A DNA stretch of 64,000 nt, from the NCBI GenBank assembly GCA_030324005.1, contig JARDVH010000150.1, positions 11,709,919-11,773,918 on the forward strand, given 5' to 3'. Position 1 is the first letter of the stretch. The number at the start of each line of letters is the position of its first letter. Of the stretch, positions 26,970 to 39,140 are shown piece after piece. The notes under the pieces are model-generated. The model saw nothing but the letters and a program-made list of their open reading frames with translations, did no database searches and was not told the DNA's origin. The translations under genes and the position numbers were made by a program. Origin of the DNA: Negaprion brevirostris. Lineage: Eukaryota.

Positions 26970-27182
26970 AGTACTATAATCCCAGGACCTCCTTTTCTTT
27001 TTGGTGCGTGCTCGGTCTTGCTGTCTCTGCTGGTCGCCTTATTCATCCCCGAGCACAGTGGCCTCCCCCTGCGCTCTGGCAGCTGGAAGAAACACAATAA
27101 TGGGTCACAGGGCCACCCGCACAGTCCCCAGAGCGTGAGCCCCGATGGCAAGGAGCCTCTATTACAAGACAGTTGTGTATGA
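26970..27182 (+). CDS. MFSD14A: MFSD14A-like last coding exon (STIIPGPPFLFGACSVLLSLLVALFIPEH...KEPLLQDSCV*)
   Basis: cctcag acceptor, TGA at 27180-27182; all 11 exons join in frame (1398 nt). Confidence 0.96.
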   Translation, partial: STIIPGPPFLFGACSVLLSLLVALFIPEHSGLPLRSGSWKKHNNGSQGHPHSPQSVSPDGKEPLLQDSCV

Positions 27183-30100
27183 TGGTCAAGAGCTGCCCAC
27201 TCTTGGGTAGCTGGAAGTGGAGTTAGACATCAGAGGCATGGCTGCAAAGCCAAGGTTTTCATTTCGAGAATACTAACATTAGTATTTTTCTTTCTGGATT
27301 TTTGGAAGTTGAAAGGTTTGTCTCGTCTTTTTTAAAAATTTTAATGTGTTTAAAAACAATTCCTTTCATGCCACTTTCTGGTTCTGCTCCTGATTGGTTT
27401 ACTGAAGCCTGGATACTCTTGGGTAGCTTAAATAGTTGGCAAAATCCAGAGTTCCTTAATTGCAGGATGTCACTCCTCCCTGTTTTGCTGCCTTGCACAA
27501 GACACCAGAAGTCCATTACAATCAGTTGATCATTTTTTTTTCTGCTACTTTGACTTGTGTTTTTTTTTAAATTGCGCTGTTGCTAATATTTCCTGGAGAC
27601 ATGAGTGTCACATGGATGACTGCAAGTGAAATATAACACTGCCAGGATTTGCTGAGATCACAGGAAAGGATGATCCACTTCAACAAAAATATATTAAAAA
27701 TCACTTCTCACAGGCTGTCTTCATGAAAGTCCTGGTTGTTTTAAATTCAGCTTGTAGCTAGCTCGGCCAGACTTGCAAGTCTTGGATCTGATGGTAATCC
27801 ACTACAGGTTTCTTGCAATCCTAAAGCAGCTTCAGTCAAAGTGGGTGGGGCAATGGTTTGAGGTAGCTGTACATGCTGGAACCTGTCTGTCTGGTGTCCT
27901 GGTTAAGCAACTAATTATTTTCAGAAGTAGCAAATTGGCATGTATGTCCCAGTCTCTGATCTTCCAGCCATGTCCTAAAGTGATCATGGCAACCTCTGAG
28001 TTTTCCTCCCCCTGCACCTCCCACGCTAACGAACCCTTGGCTTTTTTTAAGGGTTCTTTGTGCAGTTGAAATCCACACCTGATGATTCCGTACCTGTTGC
28101 TGATGGGGCACGGGGGCTTCCCCTGTGCAGTGACTATTGCAAACAGACTGCTGAAGGTGCTTCCTGCTCCACAGAGAAAACTCTACAAGACCAATTCTTT
28201 TATTTGAGCAGCATTCTTTTGTTCTATAGAAGTGAGGAGAACCCCATCTGTAGAACCACAGTCCCTTTGTTTTTTGGGGGTTAAAAAGCAGGAAAAGGAC
28301 TCAATGAGCATTAATTCCCAGGCCAATCATAGTCTGCATATGTCCAGTTCATTAATTAGACCACAAGCAAAGGGCAAGTTGTCTTCTAGGTCATAAACAT
28401 TGTCACCCTTTTATCACATGTTCCTTAGACATGGAAGCTGTCTGCCAGTCCAAGGACTGAATAGCTGAAACATATCCAATTGTCTTCTCTCCAGTTACAT
28501 TTTTCCCATTTGATGCAGGACACATTGGTCTCAGTTATATATCCTAACCAACCTGTGATGCAAAAACAAAGTCTTTTGCTGAGTTTAACATTGCACTAAG
28601 TCAAACCCTAATGGAATTCTGGAGTTGCTTATTATACTGGCACCTGTCTCAAACAAGCTTGATATTCTGGTGCAGTTTTATCCAACTCTGAAGTTCACAG
28701 CGCTTCACAACTGTGACACTTAGTTTGAAACATTCTGAAGCATTAGCTGCCTAATGTTGCTCCTGCAATTAGCGGGTAGGCTTTAGAGGATGGTTTGTAG
28801 CTGATGAACTCTGCACTGCCTCCCGTTTTCGTTCCAACAATCAATTTAAGCTATCATGATAATAGTTGGGATTTTTATCCCTGGATTGTATTTAGCCCCA
28901 AGGAAAACTGGTTAATGGAGGCTTCATTGTAAACCAATTGGCTGATTTCATCTTTATTTTCACCTAAAATTTGGTTAAGGGTACTTCCAAACTGTGCCAG
29001 ACAGATCCCAAATTCCATTTGCAATCTTTGTTAGGTTAGTAGGTTATGTTAAAATCATGTTAAAGTTCACCTCGGCACCCTTGGGCAGAGGGGAAATCAT
29101 TTGGAGTGGACAGTCCTGATCACCAGGTAGTCACTGTTACTGGTAAGTGTGCTGTGCTGTCTGGATGAGGTCGGTACTTGCCTCCACTTTGTCCCCCAAA
29201 TTGAAATCTGCAGACTCGCTGTCAGCATTCACATTAGGGCAATGTCATTTTGATGAGCTACTATATATAGGGTGTGCTGCACCTGTAAAAGATATTCCAT
29301 CAGAGCCTTAGGAGGGAGAAAAGCAACAAATTAACTTTCTGATCTTGACTTCAAAGTTATTTTTCTTAATTTGGATGTTTGTATAGGTTAGAATCTGACA
29401 CATTATTGTCTAGACCGTGGGGGCAAAGTCTTTGTAAACTAGATTGCTAACAATCCAAAATTGCCAAGGCAGCAGTTTGCATTTGTGCAGTTCTTGCTTT
29501 GTAATGGAATTTGGGTGTAGGATATTTTCAGGGGTGGAATGAGTTTGGAATAATTGAGTAATTACCACCACTTCATCTTTGGAAATGTACTATGTATTCT
29601 GTACTTTCAGAATCCTTGTTTCCCAGCTCTCCAAGTACTCTATCCCAACTGTTCATGTGCCTCTACCTATATTCTAACAACATAATAGCAAACTCTGATT
29701 CTGATGAAGGAAAAATGTATCACCAATTCCAGAGCCCCTACTCTTGTTTGCAAGCTAGCACAAGGGTTGAACCACTACTGATAACATCTGATCATTTATT
29801 GATGTGCCATTATTTTGTTTTCCTATATTGTGCCCTGTTTTATTCCAGCTTTAAATTTAGTTCAACTTTGCTGCCTGTATTGTGGTGAAATAATTTTAAT
29901 ATTGAGGGCAGAGAGAGAGACAGGAATTACCATGATGCCTTTTTGTAAAGCTTGTGGCCACTATTTCTGCCCTTGTTGAAGGGCAATCAGTCCACAGGAG
30001 GAAAGGAAGATGCTTGATTTTCCAAAGTGTGTTCATTCCTCTTTTTATTTCTCACATTGAATTTCTACAATCAGTGACGCTCCCTCTGTCGCTGTGGTGT

Positions 30101-30840
30101 ATTACATCTTGTAGCGTGTCTGTTGAAAGATAGCAATTTGCCACAGTCACAACGCATTCCTTCCCAGCATGGTTTGGGGTGGGTCCTCCTCTCAGCTAAA
30201 GTCACCTACAAATCATATAGCGTTCCCATTCTCTCACACCCAACCCACCACTCCCAAGCAACTACCATATAATGTAATCTTTGCCATGGATTTGTTTTTG
30301 GACGAAGTCTTGTGGACTGTGATGTGCATCAGCCAAGTGACCTGACCATGGCGATGCCTTAACTCTCATTGCAATGTTTGGGTCAGCAAGTGGAAATTGT
30401 TTCTTTTAATACATGCAGCTGTTCCTTACAAAGAAGCATCTTGGACAGAAGGATACCCTGCTGAATATTTGTAAGCAGAAGCATGTTTGGGACTGGGTAG
30501 GCTAGAGAGAAAGAGAAAAGCTGGTGACGCAGCACTTACTGAAAGTCCAAACTAATTCATTTGCCTACTTTGTGTTACAATGCACTCTGATTAAGATATA
30601 TTCAACAAAAAAATTGCAACTTAGACAAATTATGACTTTTGATTATCCATATGACGAGTACAATCTGATTGGATAATTAGAATTATTGATGCTCCAATAT
30701 GAGCATTGGGAGGTTGGTATAGGCCTCAAAGGATAATTGTACTTGTAGTAAAGTACACTCAAATTCTGTAGGATAGTTTGTGTAACATGTATTGTAAAGG
30801 TTTATAATTTAAATAAATATATATATATATGTATGCATTG
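27183..30840 (+). other. Probable long 3' UTR of the MFSD14A-like gene, poly(A) signal AATAAA at 30812-30817
   Basis: No young SINE/CR1 copies for ~3.6 kb, unlike every large intron; ends in TGTA-rich sequence, AATAAA, then a T/GT-rich tract. Confidence 0.6.
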
Positions 30841-32189
30841 CCATTCTAGGTTTTTTGTGGCAATGGCACTAGTCAACTTGCCTTTAGTGTTTTCTGGATT
30901 AGGCCTATTGTGGAATTAGCATTGTAGTTGGACTTTTGTCAGGGATGGAGTAATGCTTGCAGCAAAATACGAAAGGCTGCCAATGGCTTCTCTAGGCTGT
31001 CCAATGAATAGGAATAGGAGCTGGTCTTCCTTATTTTCACATCAATGGAAGCTTGCAAGATGGTTATGACAAATTAATGGCAGTGTGGTCAGGCCACGTT
31101 AGCATTGGTAGAGATAGCCATGCAGCTTGGAAGTTGCAGGGTCAGTCCTTCGTCTGCAGCAAGACGACTAATCGCAGCCAGGTCAGATGTTAGGAGCGTA
31201 AAGTCTATAGGTGATCTGAACATCAGCCGTTCTTCTTTTCTACTCATTGCTATGCACAGGCCCTGCCGGTATGTTAGACCAGGACATTATCTTACTGTGC
31301 TGTGATATCCCACACGGTCAGAGTTTAATGACAATTACTGTCTCTAGACTCGTGCATGATGATTTGTCAATTGGCTGAGGTATCAGTGTGACTACAGGAA
31401 GAAGCTTCATGTATAGATCTCCGGACTTTGTCGAAGTCATCTTTAAATATAGTCCAGCTCTGAAATGTAGGCAATGAAATGCTGTTGCTGTTAGTTTGTA
31501 GCTGAAAGAGTGACTTAATACTCATTTGTGGTGAAACAAAGGGTTGTGCATTCAGTATGGAGACTGGGGTATGGTCTAGCTTGGGTTTTGAGGTGTTGCT
31601 ATTGGTTAGAATTTACCTTGATTCGAGAAGGAGCAGTGAAAGCCATTTTCTTCCTCAAATGTAGAAGTGGAGCTTGAAAAATCTTGATGCAAATGCCCCC
31701 TATCTCTCGCTGTGTCTGTTGACACCTCTGTGTTAGCTAATGAGTTGGAGTGAAGGAGGAACTTACAATTAGTAATCTTATGTGTACAGCAAACAAGTCA
31801 ATTTTAAAGGCATCATTATGGATCAAAGGAAATAAAATGAACAATCAAAAGTACAACTTGCTCTGGATAAAACGAAGATTATTTTTCCCGCAAAACACTG
31901 GGTAGAGGAGAGTTGCAAAATTGTGTGCAAAATGAATTGCAGTCATTTAACATTGGAACGGTCTCCAAGCATGGTTATGGGAAGAACGACTCCATCATCC
32001 CCATTCTGGTTAAGAGTAGTGGTGTCCCTGTACACAGCCGTCTCCAAAATCATCCCAGATAGGAAGAAGATTGTACAGCTGAACACACCATGTAGCCAAT
32101 TTAAGAAGTATATTTATGCCCAAGTCAATGCTTTAAAAGAAATGCTGAGTGATTTTCATTTCCATTCTTCTTCTCTTTGCCCCTAAAAA

Positions 32190-33145
32190 TACAGTAGATG
32201 AAGCCGATCCAGGAGCTGGCGGCTTCCACAACATTTTTCCTGCCCAATGCACCACTCTGCCTCACAATGAAAAACCTCCATCCTATGTGGGACCAGGAGG
32301 TCCTCAAGACGCACCCTGAGAAGGAAATGGGAGCAAGTGTACAGGGAGATCATTTGCCAAAGTCTGATCAGAGGACCTGGCAGCAGTGCTGCAAGAAGCT
32401 TAATGATCTTACATGGGTGGCCAAAGTCCATGTGCTCAAAAGGCTGTGCAGGCTCTCAAACAGCAAACTGCCCTGTAACTGATTATTAGGATTACTGAGG
32501 CACCATCTTGTGGATTGGCTGTTGTCCAATGAAGAAATAACCTACTGTCCTCTCTCAGTAAGACAGCATTAATTTTTCACCACTGCCCTTGCTGTTGCCT
32601 CGAGCCAGTCCAGATTCATGTATGCCAAGATTATTTCATCGGAAACTAGGCCCAACTGCTTGAGAATGTCCTGCAAAACCATTGTCCAGTGAAGATCAGC
32701 AGCTTTCCGCCAGTCATTGTACAGTCTGCGGGTGGTTTTATTGTCAGGGTGTTAAGCAAGAGGATGTTGTGAGAAGAGGTAAAAGATGGATTGAAAGATG
32801 TGGTTGTAAGGAACAGTGGTAACATGGAGTGAGGTCTTAGGGGAATGCACATCCAGAACAAAGGAGTCCTACATGTCTTCTCCCTGTCTCCTCATGAGGT
32901 GCCTTCTAAGTGCCTTGTGGCAAAGCTGTGCCTTCATGATACTGAGGATGCAGCAGACCGCAGTAACCCTGGAGAATGGCTCTGATGAATACTGGAGAAT
33001 GCACCCTGGACGGTCCACGCAGTGAAACCATTGTTTTTGCTGTTGATGTTTTGTTCCATACTGTTTATTGTGACTACATAGCTCTCATTGTATTGTCTTC
33101 ATGCGGTTGGATAATGGAGGGGTGTGATAAGCCAGGTGTAAAGAG
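32190..33145. mobile_element. Degraded PIF/Harbinger transposon: Myb/SANT gene (+) converging on transposase (-)
   Basis: + strand RTWQQCCKKLNDL; - strand LYTWLITPLHYPTA*RQYNE...KQWFHCVDRPGCILQYSSEPFSRVTAVCCIL (one frameshift). Confidence 0.8.
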
Positions 33146-34833
33146 AACATAAGAACTTAAGAAATAGGAGCAGGAGTAGGCCATCTAGCCCGTTGAGCCT
33201 GCCCCGCCATTCAATAAGATCATGGCTGATCTGAAGTGGATCAGTTCCACTTTCCCACCCTCTCCCCATAACCCTTAATCCCCTTGCCTATCAAAAACCT
33301 ATCTACCCGTGACTTAAATATATTTAGCAAGGTAGCCTCCACCTTGGAATTGTTTTGGGAGAATTCTGGCCTACATTTGACTGTTGCGATCCGTTTATTT
33401 CCCTGATGTAAACAATATTCTTCCAGAAACGTATCCGGCATATTTGACTTTTTGAAAATATGCTAATGTGTTTGCAGAAATGACCGCAGTGTTAAACAGA
33501 ACCAGCTTTGCTTGTGTCTGAATTATTTAGAGAGTAATTATTTTGCACATTTATATCTTACTGTTTTGTCTAACAACATTAGTGAATTATGATTCCTCTT
33601 TGCTTTTTAAAATGAACTGCCCACCATAAAACTGCTCTGAAATCAGAGCCCTTTCCTGGAATGGATATCAAATCCCAAAAGTCAAATCATTTCTTTTGTT
33701 ACAATTCTCCCCTTCCTTTCCATGCCGTTAGTCTGGATGTTTCTGAGCCCGTTAGTTTTTAGTAAGGCCACAGGACTCCGACCTCACTGATTTCACCAAT
33801 TTATCCAGAATGTTTTGTCAGTTCCTCTGCTCCAAATGATGGATGAACAAGGGAAATAAAACCTTTCCATTCCTGTGGGCAGGATATCGATTTGAGTAAA
33901 GGGACAGATTTACCTCCGGGTCTGATTCTAGGATCTTAATCTTCGGCAGACGTCCAGAGGCCAAGGAAAATCCCCGGATTCCAGAAGCACCAGGAAGGGG
34001 AACACTTGAATAACTCTCACAGTTAACAAGTGAGAATAAAATAAATCATGGATTTATCTCCTTTTTCAACTTCTGTACTTTCTTTTGTGGAATTTCACCT
34101 GAAATTCACAATTTTAAATAAATTACCAAATCACAATTTTCATTTTGGTTTTTTGCAGGGATTGAATGTTGTTCATATGTCCTTCTTCTAAAATTATTTC
34201 CAGCATTGTTTAGAAGTGCAGGTAGTGAGGAAGGAGAATCAGTCAGTGAGGGTTTGGCATGTTTACCAACAGGTATTTCAACTCAGAACAGGAAGTCCTG
34301 TTTATAGATAGAAGCTACTGATGGATTATCCAACACAGCAGTTTTGAAACTGTTCAAATAAGTAACAATTGCACAAGTTTCTGCCAGATTTCTCCTTGTT
34401 TTAGTCTAGTCCAGACTTGTTTTGTGCTCTCTATCGGTGGCCTCAAACCAAAATGTCAGCAAATCCACCAAAGCAATTCTGTCCATTGGAGTTTCTCAAA
34501 ACTACAAAGAAGGACAGACAGAGGAAACGTGGCTGCAACAAAGACATTTCTGTGCTCACTGGAGCCAAGGCCAACCTGCAGAGTTGAGGCAAACTATTGC
34601 TTGGAGAGCGAATAATGGGAGGAACTAATCATGAAAAAGCAAAAGGAACCATGAGCAGCTGGAACGTGGCAAGATGCCAGGAAACGAGAGAGCCTGGAGA
34701 GCAAGGAGGGGTACGCTGGGGAAGAATTAGGTGTTGCTGATACTGAAACAGAGAAACAGGTTAAGAGCACAAGAAATAGGAGCTGGAATTGGGTGAAGTG
34801 AAGCGTGGGTCTAGAATCATCTTGAGGTTAATT

Positions 34834-34994
34834 AGAAGTGTCACAACACCAGGTTAAAGTCCAACAGGTTTATTTGGAATCACGAGCTTTCGGAGCACTG
34901 TTCTTTCATCAGGTGAGTGGAGAGGAGCAGCGCTTCAAAAGCTCATGATTCCAAATCAAACTGTTGAACTTTAACCTGGTGTTGTGAGATTTCT
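34834..34994. mobile_element. Palindromic Penelope-like terminal repeat relic
   Basis: ~65-bp imperfect inverted arms; CTGATGA...GAAA on the minus strand. Confidence 0.75.
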
Positions 34995-36462
34995 CACCTC
35001 AGCTTAGGCAGTCTATGACTACCATTACCAGCCTAACAACGACACAATTACAGCCTCACCCTGGATTTTTAATGAAGTGACTTCCCAAAGGAAACCCACA
35101 CAGACACAAGGAGAACATTTTTTAAAGTTTATTTATTAGTCACAAGTAAGGCTTACGTTAACATTGCAATGAAACTACTGTGAGATTCCCCTAGTCGCCA
35201 CATTTTGGTGCCTGTTCGGGTCAATGCATCTAACCAGCACAACTTTTGGACTGTTGGAGGAAACAGGACCACCCAGAGAAAACCCATGCAGACACGGGGA
35301 CAACGTGCAAACACCACACTGACAGTGACCCAAGCTGGGAGTCGAACCCAGGTCCCTACTGCTGTGAGGCAGCAATGCTAACCACTGTGCCACCATGCCG
35401 TCCATTGCCACTGTGCCTCCCATACACAGACAGTGACTAAGCCAGGAATCTAACCCAAGTCCCTAAAGCTGGTGAGGCAGTGGTGCTAACCACTGTGCCA
35501 CCGTGCCACCCAATTTTGATTCAGAATCTTTTTTAAGTAATGTTCAACTTGTGCATTTTTCTTGCCAAAGAGTAATGCCTCACACTTAACCATGTCAAAA
35601 TTCATTTGCCAAGCTTCAGGCCATTGGAAATATCTAACAGACTGGAGGGATCAGATATTCTTAGCATATAAATGTTTTTGATAGCACGCTTTTTTCTCAA
35701 GCCTGTAATGTTTTTCATACTTATGGTTATTGTTTTTAACATTGAAATTATTTTAAAAGTATGAAAGCAAAAGGAAAGTTACAACTCCCACAAATTATTC
35801 CACATTAAAAGTAGGATTACACCAAATGAAAACATCTGGTGTAGAAGCTGCACCTCTTACTAAATGGCACATTATGGAACTATTATGCTAATTGTATGTT
35901 AATTACTATGCTAATATGTTCATTAGCAAATTTTAGTATGTAAATGAGTAAATTAATTATTTATTCTACCCATTAAACAGCAGAGTGTGATTTGCTAGCA
36001 TATGTTTAATGGCCCATCTAAATGGTTAAATAAACATTTTTCTCTGGCCTGTCCTTACAGTCAGCCTCTAATCAATGCGGGGATCACATACGACTGAATT
36101 AAACCATACAAGTTGAATGACAACCCAACAAAACGGTTAATGGGATTGGGAAGTCTACGGAATTTCAAGTAGGTTTGACACATCAAGATTTGTCAGCATA
36201 GCAGATGCCAGCTGACAGCATTTTATTGGACAAAAATTGCAATATTGCACATTTAGTGATTAAAAATGAAGCATGCCAACAGGAAAGGAAAACAACATGC
36301 AAATTTTTATGCAAATAATTCCAAAACACAGTTCAGCCAACAGCAATTAAAGAGAGGCTATGATTCCCCTCATATACTTTGAACTAAACTTGATCAGAGG
36401 TATCTTGAAAGAACTGGTTACTGTCTAGTTAGTGTCTCACAGGGCTGGCACATCCTAAAATA

Positions 36463-36960
36463 GGATTGATTGGTCATTGGGAAAGGTTTGGTGGATTATT
36501 TGGAAGGCTTGATCATTGGGAAAGGATAATGGACAGACCCTGATGGATCACTGGGACAGGCGTGCTGGGCAATGGACAAGCTTGATTGATCACTTGGAAA
36601 GACTTGATGGATCATTGGGACAGGTTTGATGGATCATTGGGACAGGTTTGATGGACTACTGGGACAGGCTCAATCGATCACTGGGGAATACTTGATGGAT
36701 CACTGGGGAATACTTGATTGGTAACTGGAGTATTGATTGATCATTTGGACAAACTTAATGGATAATGGATAAGTTTGATGGGTCATTGTGAAAGGGTTGA
36801 TAGATCATTGGGGCAGAGCTGATGGATTATTGGGACAGAACTGATGAGTTATTGGGACAGATTTGATGGATCATTGGGAATGGTTTGATGGGTAACTGAC
36901 CAAGCACGATTGATAATAGGACAAGTTAAATGAATAATGAGACAGCACTGATGAATAATA
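36463..36960. repeat. Degenerate 22-bp minisatellite (ATCATTGGGACAGGTTTGATGG)n
   Basis: Roughly 20 adjacent diverged units, best preserved at 36605-36670. Confidence 0.9.
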
Positions 36961-39020
36961 AGATCTCTTTGCAGTAATATCCACCTTCCATGAATGATTT
37001 TTTAAAAATATCCAGTTTTGGTCGAGGTTTTTCCTGAATTTCTGATTGGATTGCTTCGAGATTATCTTATACTTACAGCACGTAATTCTAGTCTTTCATT
37101 GCTGGAGACATCTTCTCTACATCCAGCTGACTGAACCCCTTCATTATCTGGAAAACCTCTGTCAAGTCATCCCTTAGCCTCCTCAACAATCTTCACAGTA
37201 ATACATTGGATGAGTTGCTGCGGCGTGGTCAACATGCTTCTTTTCAGATTAGTACAATGAGAAGCAAACTAGGGAACATGCTATCCTAGATTTGGTATGG
37301 TGCAATGGGAAGGGTTAATTAACCCTTCCCATTATCCTTTCCCAATGATCAAGCCTTCCAAATAATCCACCAAACCTTTCCCAATGATCAATCAATCCTG
37401 CTTTAGGATGTGCCAGCCCTGTGAGACACTAACTAGACAGGAACCAGTTCTTTCAATGGAAAGGATGACCATAACATGATGGATTTTTTTATTATGGTGG
37501 AAAGTGGAGTAGTCCAATCCGAAACTATGGACCTAAATCTTAGCAAAGGAATTGATGAAGGTCTGAGGAGTGAGTTGGCTATGATATATTGGAGAACCTC
37601 ATTAAAAACGATGACAGTGAATGGGTAATTAATATTTAAGGAACAAACTTATGCATTGCAACAATTATATATTCCTTTCTGATGCAAAAACACAACAAGT
37701 GGCTCAACCATGGCTACCAAAAGAGATTAAGGATAGTATTAAATCCAATGAGGAATCATGTAAAGGAGCAAGACAGAGGATTGGGAACAGTTTAGAATTC
37801 AGCAAGGGAGGACCAAGAAATTGATTAACGGGGAAAAACATAGGGGCTCGCTTCACTGCTCCAGTGTCGTCACAATCGTCATTGAATTTCATATTCATAT
37901 ATGAATTCATCATCGAATAAATTATGTTCATGTTAACTTACATTTCATTAGGGGCCCGGAGACTTCAGTCCTGGGCCCGCTAGCCTCTGTCCCCAACACA
38001 GGAGTGTTTCACTCCAGCAGGGTTTACAACAGCTCCCCACTATTTAAAGAGGAAACAGATAGATTTCTAGGCATTAAAGGTGTGAAAGGGAATGGAGAGA
38101 GAGTGGGAGTATGGCATTGAGATAGAGAATCAGCCCTGATCATATTGAATGGTGAAGGGCGCTCAAGGAGCTGAATGGCCTACTCCTGCTCCTATTTTTG
38201 TTGTTTCAAGTTGAAAGAGTCCTAGCCTATTCAGTCTTTCCCGAAAGATATGCCCTCTCAGCTCTGGTATCACCCTTCCAAGTATTTTTGCACTTACTCC
38301 AGTGCTGATATATCCTTATTGTAAGATCGAGACCAGACATATGTTAAGTATTCCGCGTTTGGTCTAACCAAGGTGTCACTCAAACTTAACATAACTTTGA
38401 GGACTTTCAATTCTATTCCTCTCAAACTGAATGTTTGGCAGCACTTTCCTTTATGATCCTGTTAACCTATAGTGCTACTGTCAATTGTTTGTGATGCTGT
38501 ACCCTGAGATCCCTTTCACTCCTCTATCCCATTCAGACATTTACAAACATGGGAATGAATATTCATGAGCAGTGCAGATATGTGCCAATTTGTAGCTTAG
38601 GCCAGGACTGTGGGAAATCACAGTGAGATGTCCTGCAGATCCTGTTGCAATATTTATCTGCACAGTTGGGGCGATGGACTCATTAAGCATCATTTCAGCT
38701 GCATGCAACAGCTTTGAAATGGCACTGAGAAAAAAATTGTGCGGAGGAAATAATGTGTTTGTTTCAGTGCGAGATGTTCCCTAGTGCTGATCCTTTCAGG
38801 GCCTGGTTCAGCTTTTAAGTGGGGCATGTCCTTGACAGTCCAATCGCTTTGTCAAATGTCATCACTGCTGCTGAGATCCAGCAGCTCACAATGGATTTAT
38901 GAGCAAGTACGAGTTAGGAAAGTAACTTACACTAGGATTCATGATGTGTCAAACGAGGCTGGATGATAATTCAAAGGCTTTTACTAGTTATACAGCATAG
39001 AAAGAGGCCGCTTGACCCAA

Positions 39021-39140
39021 TGGGTGGGATTGTACAGCCTCGCTCAGGCGAGGCTCGGACATTCCCGCTCGAGGCCAAGAGATTTCCATTCGGGGAACCT
39101 TGCCTACCCTGATTCTGGCGTGGCAGTAAAATTCTGGCCA
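39021..39140. mobile_element. Short MITE-like element
   Basis: Imperfect inverted ends gggtgggattgtac / gtaaaattctggcc, GC-rich, interrupts a CR1 tail. Confidence 0.5.

Noticed and set aside
36463-36960. CRISPR-like array
   Set aside because: Units are contiguous and degenerate with no unique spacers, in a vertebrate context; it is a minisatellite.
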